A DNA stretch of 47,482 bases from Priapulus caudatus. Lineage: Eukaryota. This document shows positions 27,208 through 47,482 of this stretch, one piece after another. Under the pieces are notes generated by a model, which saw nothing but the letters and a program-made list of their open reading frames with translations, was not told where the DNA came from and searched no databases. Both the position numbers and the translations under genes were made by a program. The first letter of the stretch is position 1; each line of letters opens with the position of its first letter. The stretch is from the NCBI RefSeq assembly GCF_000485595.1, contig NW_014577070.1, forward strand, positions 916,526-964,007, written 5' to 3'.

Positions 27208-28710
27208 CACTCTGCTATAATCACAATAAGCGCGTAGAATATGCTGAAGTTTACCTCGTGTAAAAAAACATATTCTAATTAACTGAAAACTTTGTTTAGC
27301 ATTAGATTTCTATTTGCCTATCTGCGGTCGCCATCTTGTCACAGAATAACGCCATACGTAGCCGAAAATTCGAAAAAATCCGTACTGTTTTCCTGTGATG
27401 ATTTATAATATATATATAATACTGTGTTACGCAGCTAACCAAAGTTATCGCCGAGCGACTGCCGGTCAACTTCTTTCAGAACTACGTTGCCAAGTATCAC
27501 TCCCGGTACACCAACAGCAGGCAAATAACTCATAGGTGAAACACTTCGACAACTTCGAATAAATATCACTTCACGTGCCGCCGATCTATCGGTGTATTAC
27601 TCCGTTGGGCATAATATCAAGAGCTAATAATACATTGTTATTAGCTCTTGATTATATTCGTTGATATGTCAGTTTTGGCATGTTCAGCATTGCATGTAAT
27701 TACAATGTAGTGTAGTTCATAGTATTCGGTGCGCAATAGTCACTAATTGAAGTGGTTATTGCAATTAGATTCACGGAAAATTATAATTTTGCGCACAGAT
27801 ATTGGCTCCCACAGGGGCGATACGTCATCATGCCAACCACGCATGAGGCAGGCAAGGAAGGGGGTTTTACCGTACGAATCAGCAGTTGTACACAAGTGAA
27901 CCTACAGTGAGTAACTCGCAACAAGTTCGTTGCTTTTATGTTGAACGTCTCGTTTTTCGTAACCGGCGCAAACCTTTTATATTGCGTGTATTTATGATGA
28001 CAAGACACTTTTAATGCGCTCGTGTTATATATGCCTCGGGTGAGATGTGCTGTGTGAGCCTTTTCATGGCAAAGCGCTGTGATATTTTATCAATAGTTCC
28101 ATTGAATATCTTCGGCTTTCTAATCTATAGGTTGCTAGATGACACCACTGCTGTGACGAAGACGGTACTGATAAAGGCACGTAGTCGTCACATTATATGA
28201 ACACATATGTCACCATTACACTTCGTCGAATACATTATTCACTAAAAAATTCAATAACAATGTACTTTTCGATTAATAGCATCAGCTTATAAACCTGTTT
28301 CCCAAGAATATAATATAATTACTTAATATGATTTATATATATAAAATATAACATGATTATCGTATATTATTTAATGTAATATGTAATATCATATTTATGT
28401 ATTATATATTGCATTACGAACAGGCGCCACAGAGATCTGGGGCCGAATCCTACGAGAACATATTTCTGCAGTATGCCGATGAACAGAGACAGGTGGATGT
28501 GTTTTGTCTCAGTCAAGCCCTCAAAGTGTGCTTGCCGAAAGGTACGCTATGAATGCTTCCACACCCGATTAAGATTGTATCGTGTTATTTTAATATGATT
28601 TAAATTCGTTAGGCTCTCTCTGTCTTCGTTACAGTCCCTTCTACTATGAAGTGCAGTCTTCGTTTCGTGAGGCTATCAAGTTTATAATTTCATGACCAAA
28701 AACCAAAAGG

Positions 28711-28752
<42 letters not shown>

Positions 28753-31700
28753 CGAGAGAGAGATGAGAGAGAGAGAGAGAGAGAGAGAAGAGAGCAGAGA
28801 GCGAGAGAGCGAGAGAGCGAGAGAGAGAGAGAGAGAGAGAGGGGGGGACTACACGATTTGAGTTGAGACCATTTTTTGTTTGCTATTATCTGCGACAGAT
28901 GTTAGTGACTGCTCAGACTTGAACATCTGTCGACGTGTTATTGCCGCACTTGAAGTGAGTTAGAAAGAAGCGAAGGCATGTAGAAACTTATAAAAAGAAA
29001 GGCAATAAGGTAGAGTAATAGTATAGACACAGAAAGGACTATATGTATGACTGAAGTCAGCGTAGGCATTGTAGAAATGAGCGCAGCATGTAGAACGGAG
29101 CGAAGGCCGTGTAGCAAGGAGGCGAAGGCGTGTACTAGAATGGAGCTGAAGCGAGTGTAGCCCAACGAGGGAGCGAAAGGCCCGCTGTAGAAAGGACCGC
29201 CGAAGTGCGTGTAGAGAAGGCAGTCTCGAAAGCAATGTAGAAAGAAGGCGAAGCGTGTAGAAAGGAGCGAACAGTCCGTGCGTAGTATATGAACCAAAGG
29301 AGGCGAAGGCGTGTAGATTACACGTGCGCATTGACGAAGCGTGTCAGCAACAGGACAGGCGACACGCAAGTCGCGTCTATGAAAGCATGCCGACAGGTCG
29401 TGCCTTAGATAAGAAGCGTATGGCTGTGTAGCGACGGAGCGAAGGCGTGTAGAAAGGAGGCGCGAGATAGGCGTGTAGAAAGGAGCGATAGCGAGCTATG
29501 TAGAAAGGAGCGAAGCGTGTAGAAATGAGGCGAAGGCTGTAGAAAGGAGCGAAGGGCATTAGAAAGGAGGACGAAGTGCCATGTAGAAAGGAGCGGAGAG
29601 CACTGTTAGCATAGTGACCGAAGTGGTCCTAGTGTAGGAACGAGCGAGCGAAGCATCCGCCAAATAAAGGAGCGCGAAGGCATGTAGAAAAGGAGGAAGG
29701 CACACTGTAGATACAGGATAGTGACAGGAATAGCTAAGAGTCGCCGGAGATGACCGAGGTCATGTCACAATGAAAATGACGCCTCGAAGGCATGTAGACA
29801 ACTGAGGAGTCTACCATGAGCTGTAGAAAGGGACGAAGGCATGTACACGAAAGGAAAGGAAGGGCATGTAGACCGCCACATGGACCCTGGTCTGGACGTA
29901 TGCGCCAATGCCTGTATGTGTCTAATAATCCATGGAGCGAGGCATGTAGAAAAGGAGCGAAGATAGAGCCGCACCGACAGAATGCATGTAAGAAATCCGA
30001 TGTCGCTAAAAGGTCCAGTTCAATCGCACACTGAGAAGTCGAAGACCTAGATAGCGAGAAGGCACGTAGAACGCGGAGGCGAGAAGGCATCTCGACTGAG
30101 TAGATAGGAGTTTAATATCTAAGATAGGGCAAAAAAGATACACACTAAAGTTTTTCTTAACGTAGGCAATAACGCTCGATAGTAACAGCTGGGCAAGCAC
30201 GCCGTAGACGGGGACCGAAACATCAGTAGCTAATGAAAGGACTGCCCGCAAAGAGCTTGCGTATGGTTAGAAGTACAGCAGAAGACTCACCTGGAGCGAG
30301 GCACGGATTGATCGGCAAAGAAAAAATTATTGAGAGCGACGAGAACGATAGGACATAGTACATGAAGGTAGGCAAATGAGCAGGAGAAGCGACACTCTGA
30401 TTAAGATAGCAAAGACGCAAAGGCGAGTTAGAGGATAGGAAGGACGAGAAGGCATTACGCGAGACAAAGCGAACGAATAGTGACGCGTGTCACAGTAGAA
30501 AGTAGTGTCGAAACAGGCATAGATGAGCGATATGGAGGTAGTCAGAACAGAGCCGGCAGCTATGCACATAATAGTAGAGGCCAGATGAGTCGCTTGAAAA
30601 GCGCCACTGATAGAAAGGAGCGAAGTGCAAAGGCAAAGTGTGATGGAGAGAACCAAGCGAAAGAGAGCACTAGTTATAGGATAGTGAGCGCAGGTGATTG
30701 TGTAAAGCTAGACATGCGTATGAGCAAATGGTAGTGGGAGACACAACGACAGACATATAGTGAGGCATGATGTGTAACTACATGCAGAGCAATGGTGGTG
30801 AGACAACGACAGACATATAGTGAGGCATGATGTAACTTCAGACAGAGCAAAGGTGGTGAAATAGTGACAGGTAGAAGGCGAACGCACCGCGTTTTTATCG
30901 GTGAACGGACCAAGGTACTGGCCGTTCTTTGCGGTCTCGGGATAAATGTAATGTCTCCGATGCTGGATTATATTACGCAACTAGTCCTCTGCATTAGTTG
31001 CTGCAGCCCTGCATGTTGTCTTCTGCAGGAAATATTTTAGCAGTCACGCCAAAACGAAGAATAGTAGCGTCATGGAAAGCCGAGAAACTACGAGAAGCAC
31101 TAAAAGACGTTGGTATGTGTAATATAAATTTATGATCCTATTTTCTAACACATATACGAATTAATGCGTTTTTTGGCGCGATATTCCTTATGGCTATCGC
31201 AGTTGCTATACTACTCTCGATAGTAATTATCGTTTTGCCAATCTTTACTAATAAAACCCAAACAAAATCAAACCCTAAACGACCATGCATAATCATTCTG
31301 TAAATTTCGTACAGTCTTTACTCCCACACCTCGTAATTTCCTAACGTAATAAAAATAACACAAGTAATTAAATAATAAACTAATTAACGACGACGCATGT
31401 TATTGCTTTTGTTTTATATTGTGCTTTATGACTTAATCAGAGAGAGAGAGTTACGTGGGATAAATAAGGGAAAATCTGGGGTTGAATTTACACCGGAGGA
31501 GGAAACGAGCACGCGAGAATTAACCGACAAGTTTACGAACAAAAATCGAATTAAAATGAGCTGATGTTCCGACGCATCGATGTGCCACTATCTTTAAACA
31601 TAGCGTCGCACGTGTCGCAAATCAGCCTTCAACTTCTTAATGGCTTAGTGAGTTACGCATATAAGTCTCGTAAGATTTCATGGTCATCGAGATCTTACTA

Positions 31701-32462
31701 CCGCTATATCAAACTGCAGAGCGTGACATGCTGTATTGCTTATATCACAGTCGAGCCTTTTCTGCGAATAGTGTCTTTCAATTTCATGCTATAAAAATAT
31801 ATTTTAATTCACATTATGATCACTTAGTACTGAGTCAGTTTATAATATATTAAATTTTATTTATAAAAATTGCTAATATGTACCGGTAAAAGGAAATCTT
31901 TGGTAATTCGATAAAGACGAATAATGTGACGTATCACGAGCGTTATCGAGGTGTGAATTTTGCAGGATTTTACCTCAGCACCGATGTCATCTGTGTGATC
32001 ATGATGAGACACATTCGTAAGGATGGCCTGCTATATTTTGTTGACTTCGTGTCATGTATTCTGCAACTATATGCTGCTTTCGGTAAATATAAACAATTTT
32101 TATTCCGAATTAGTATGTGTATAGAACACCTATGCGAAACAACAGGATCAGTATATATTATATATATACTGTTGTCACCTAATCTAAAGTTTTCTGTGTT
32201 ATGGCAGTCATTATAAGCATCTAATGACGAACACGCATTTTCAGGTCAGTTTAATAAGCGGGATCCTGCCCACGGCGGAATTGTGAAGATGAATCTGAGT
32301 GACGTAAGTGCAAGTGACATCAGCTCTCGTCGCACATATGGCACAAGGAGCTGCGTGCCACAATTAATTAGCGACTATACTGGAAAACCTTGGTTCACTA
32401 TTAGCTGCCAATAATTTTTTGTTCACTTTCTCTAGTGGATTCGCGCTGCAGTGCACACGTGA
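17822..32462 (+). CDS. Calpain with classical architecture (CysPc + domain III/CBSW + penta-EF-hand), predicted catalytically inactive (calpain-C-like)
   Basis: Exons: ~17822-17971 (..LKQACIGSGHLYED..FQWKRPK; start uncertain), 18818-18887 (ELVSKPCFLLDGQNQCDITTGKL), 19343-19460 (GDSWLVSSLGSL..), 20312-20446 (VVIDDRLP..FWAALIEKAFAK), 23432-23603 (LYGSYEALKY..DLTGG), 24522-24602 (GLSLGRSYRV), 25043-25209 (RLRNPWG..DGEFW, GC donor), 25510-25682 (..TAGGCRNH), 26906-27024 (TFYTNPQ..IGFSVYQ), 27435-27535, 27799-27906 (GRYVIMPTT), 28131-28164 or 28176, 28424-28541, 28899-28954, one EF-hand exon not recoverable in the noisy 29-31 kb region, 31029-31112 (two apparent indels), 31966-32082, 32245-32303, 32436-32462 (WIRAAVHT*). 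Splice phases are consistent. Confidence 0.9.
18044..18419. mobile_element. Non-autonomous DNA transposon (MITE) with long imperfect TIRs and TA flanks, in calpain intron 1
   Basis: Left end TA|GGGGCACACGAGCGATTTTTATCGCCCGATCGC; right end, reverse-complemented, TA|GGGGCACACGAGCGTATTTTATCGCCCGATCGC. Internal CGTGTGCCC and ATCGCCCG subrepeats; no coding capacity. Confidence 0.85.
21906..22700. other. Probable assembly artefact: ~370 bp repeated on both sides of an N-gap (22278-22302), next to a (TCTA)n microsatellite
   Basis: 21906-22277 recurs from 22303 onward with many homopolymer and indel differences. Confidence 0.75.
26812..26879. repeat. Intronic inverted repeat (29-bp stem with one mismatch, 10-nt loop)
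   Basis: TTTAATTGCGTCGTTGCGGCTGTCGTTAC-agacacgaca-GTAACGACAGCCGCACCGACGCAATTAAA. Confidence 0.9.
27618..27650. mobile_element. Ultra-short palindromic insertion, copy 1 (CAAGAGCTAATAA..TTATTAGCTCTTG)
   Basis: 13-bp arms with a 7-nt spacer, flanked by ATAATAT/ATTATAT. Same arm motif as 44144-44183. Confidence 0.55.
28960..30890. repeat. Degenerate ~20-bp satellite (GAAGGCATGTAGAAAGGAGC-like) in a low-quality, indel-rich stretch of a calpain intron
   Basis: Recurrent TGTAGAAAGGAGCGAAGGC motifs that decay downstream, plus a ~60-bp tandem duplicate near 30740-30860. Confidence 0.75.
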
Positions 32463-32989
32463 CATCCTATGTTGCCGAGGAGCCGGGTTCAACTGTGAGG
32501 CAAGCGGCCGCGTATACAAGTGCAATATCACCAACATGAAATCACTCCTAATGTTCAAAACGTTATTAAAGCCGACTACCGCATGCTGAAGTGTAAAAAT
32601 TATTGTAAATATTAAAGCTACACGATCAAAATTATAATTATTTTTTATTACACTACTATTATTTTTAATATATTATCAGGTGCAGATATAACAGCAAATA
32701 CTGGAAATTATATTAAAATAGTAATGTGGTATTAACTTTGTTACGATGCACGTTTGCATAATTAATTCGAACAGTAAAGGTAAGATCAGGCAAGAAATTG
32801 GACACTTCAAATTAACTTTCAATAACGTTCACACTTTTCATCATCATTCTCCTATTTGTACTTTCTTTTAAGACGGGAAATTTTTGAAAAATAATGACTA
32901 AATATCAATCTATAGTTATTAATTCTGTCTAATTGTGACTATGTATTGTGTTTTTGTCACATATTGTGAACGTATCCGCTTATTATCGC

Positions 32990-32995
32990 AATAAA
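32990..32995 (+). promoter_or_regulatory. Candidate polyadenylation signal (AATAAA) for the calpain gene
   Basis: AATAAA ~530 nt downstream of the stop codon. Position only; no transcript support. Confidence 0.4.
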
Positions 32996-33852
32996 CACGT
33001 TGAATATTTACATATAGTTTGACTTGATTTGTAACAGTATGAATGCATGATCACCTGCAGTGTCGAGACTCACTATAGCTTTGATAAAAACCAAACAAAC
33101 TTAATAATTGTGCGCACACGTCTTATGATAGTATATTATCTGTTAAAAAAATGTATATTTTGTATATGTATAAATCTGTTATAATGGTGATTGCTTACAT
33201 GGTGAACCGCAACACCGCTACAGGAAACAAGTTGAACATTTGCATTGTTGTGTTATTAGATTTCTTACAGTATGAAGAGAGGATAATCCGCAACGTTAAT
33301 TCATAGCATTGCGAAATAGACTCAAAAAGGCAATTCAATCATTATGCGCACAAGTATTTTTTATCGTACATTAGTTCTAAATAGAGCAAGTTTATGTTGT
33401 GAACCATTAAGCCCACTGCTTTAGCATTAGCCCACTCCAATAGCCCCATGGTTTTTTTACTTTGCGTTTTCTTTTATAATGTTAAATACGATGGCGAAAA
33501 CGATGCTAACTTAAACTATTCTTAGCTATTTATGCTAGCTTATATATACTGCTGAGCGCGGCGAGTGCTGCTCTAACTCCCTTTACCCGTGTAGCACATC
33601 GCTGCCGTGTTAAATCGCTGCACGGGTAGAGTTATTGCTTCTGACGAGTTTCACAGATGCTAACTTGGGATTCGTTATTTAGAGTTTTTGCAACGCGTCA
33701 TCCTATCTCGTGTCCTTCATGGTGTCATTCGTTATCATTGCCTCGGTAAAACTTTCGCGACGTTGCAAAAAGCTATATTAAAACATGGTAGTAGGGCTCC
33801 GTTTTCACACGTACGGTATGCTTTTTACACGCAATAAACACAATTAATTATG

Positions 33853-33858
33853 TTTATT
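33853..33858 (-). promoter_or_regulatory. Candidate AATAAA poly(A) signal on the minus strand, possibly shared by the GPCR and the C-type lectin
   Basis: First canonical minus-strand AATAAA that I find downstream of both stop codons (34604 and 34218); an ATTAAA lies near 33985. I see none between the GPCR stop and lectin exon 4. Confidence 0.45.
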
Positions 33859-34217
33859 TTACATTTCTGGTTTGCGCTATACCTGCTGTTCAAATCAATA
33901 ATCATGCCAGCCATTCAATTTTGGTGCACTCTCTAGATAAAATGGTCAAATTTGACAAAAAACTCATAACAGGAATGTTCTCGTTTAATTAATTAATTCG
34001 TTAAGTGCTCTTCGAGCCTCAATGGTACTTTTCCGTCGCTAAAATCGAAATTACCGGTCAAGTTAACGAGTCTAAGAGCCAGGAACGGTTTTTTTGTCAT
34101 TTACACAGTCGCACTCAATCGAATGCAGCTGTTTTTCCCTACCGCGCGCAGAAATTGCTAGTGCGCGTTATTAGCCTCTAGAACGGATGAAACGGCCAAC
34201 GCTTCTTGAGCATATTG

Positions 34218-34477
34218 CTAGTTCGCGTCTGCAATTGCCGGCTCCGACTCGCACAGTGGAAGAAGATCGGTGCGTGAGCAGCTCGTGTCCCGCCAGCCCA
34301 TGCCCGCGCTTGCGTCCGCGAACACGCAGTTCAGCTGGCCGTGCGGTCGGTCGGGCTCGAGCGCTAACCAGCCGACGACTGCGCTGGAGAAGCAGGCGCG
34401 ACCGGGGTGTCCCCACTCGTAGATGCCGTCGTGTCGCCAGTGGTCGTTGCCGCTCGTCCAGAATCCCGGCGCGTAGC
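34218..34477 (-). CDS. C-type lectin exon 4 (C-terminal half of the CTLD), downstream of the GPCR stop codon
   Basis: Phase-1 acceptor ccctgcag|GC matches exon 3. Encodes FWTSG, EPD, C, WRD, C and LPLCE motifs; TAG at 34220-34218. Confidence 0.88.
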
Positions 34478-34603
34478 CTGCAGGGCAGTTGCGAGGCACG
34501 TTTATCACGAGGTCACCTCGCGCGCGCGCGCACACACAGCTCGTCGTCGTGGGCCTCAGTTCGCATGCGGGGAATCGTGCGCCGCGCGTGTTCGTTCGCT
34601 TCT

Positions 34604-46741
<12,138 letters not shown>

Positions 46742-47273
46742 CTACAATTCAACATTAAAAACATTGTGAAATAAACGAGAAAAATCATTTTATAGATTAC
46801 CATTGGCATATTTATCGTCGTCGTCGTCGTCGTCGTCATCGTCATCGTCATCGTCGTCATCATAAACAGCAAAAACATTATCATCAACAACATCACCACC
46901 ATCATATACCGGTTCAAGAAATGTCAAACTATATTCGTTTTTGACGTATATGACGTATAACTGACGTATAATTTACACCCATCATGATACCTCCGTCATG
47001 ACAGTGTAAATTCAATCTTCCTGCAGGAAGTTATGACTATAAAAATATTACTATAAACACCTACACTGCATTCAACACTGCAGTCTACCAGGCATGCATT
47101 GCAAAACTATTGGGTTGTTTTCCCGCTGTCGATATTCTTTAGAATTCGAAGGAATTTAGAAAGGTTCATTATAGGGTGCGAAGCTTGTCTATTACACAAT
47201 GTTGTTACACATTACATCGCTGAAAATGCCGCAGGTGAAGAGGGATTGGTTCGTTCACACACACACACACACA

Positions 47274-47317
<44 letters not shown>

Positions 47318-47482
47318 TACACGCGCATACACACACATACAGGGATAAGTTATGGCATTCTGGGCACTGCGTCAATTTTCGCGCACCAGAAAAGAAATCA
47401 AGCTAGATACTGCGTTATCCCATGCAACAAAATAGCAGTTCATTAACACGAAACGTCAGCTTTCACTGGCAGCGTGAGGTGA

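Noticed and set aside
28938..30980. Hydrophobic-looking minus-strand ORFs
   Set aside because: They derive from the degenerate purine-rich 20-bp satellite in low-quality sequence and show no protein motifs or splice structure.
34218..34535. Stand-alone single-exon ORF, or a direct C-terminal extension of the GPCR
   Set aside because: The ORF has no ATG start and holds only half a CTLD. The GPCR stops at 34604, and a donor at NGE|V would be phase 0, incompatible with the phase-1 acceptor at 34477. Lectin exon 3 fits that acceptor exactly.

Overview
Intron-rich invertebrate (metazoan) genomic DNA from a draft assembly, with three N-gaps, many microsatellites and some indel-rich stretches. Four spliced genes can be rebuilt by hand. 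(1) + strand 264-13165: the 3' part (28 exons) of a titin/twitchin-family Ig/FN3 protein that ends without a kinase domain. (2) + strand ~17822-32462: a classical-architecture calpain (CysPc, domain III/CBSW, penta-EF-hand) whose oxyanion Gln, catalytic Cys and catalytic His are substituted, so it is predicted to be a pseudo-protease. (3) - strand 46741-34604: the TM2-to-C-terminus exons of a calcitonin/CGRP-type class B GPCR; its 5' exons lie outside the window. (4) - strand 38152-34218: a complete 4-exon secreted C-type lectin gene (~207 aa) interleaved with the GPCR on the same strand. Lectin exons 1-3 sit in one GPCR intron, its intron 3 spans three GPCR coding exons, and its last coding exon lies in the GPCR's presumed 3' UTR. 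The splice phases also permit in-frame GPCR-lectin chimeras. Other observations: a 279-bp inverted, intron-containing copy of the calpain 3' end inside a titin-like intron ~30 kb away; GC-AG introns in three neighbouring genes; two copies of a 33-40 bp palindromic insertion with 7-bp target-site duplications; a TIR MITE; an RTE-LINE 3' fragment; and mini- and microsatellites. Family assignments come from motif recognition, not database searches.
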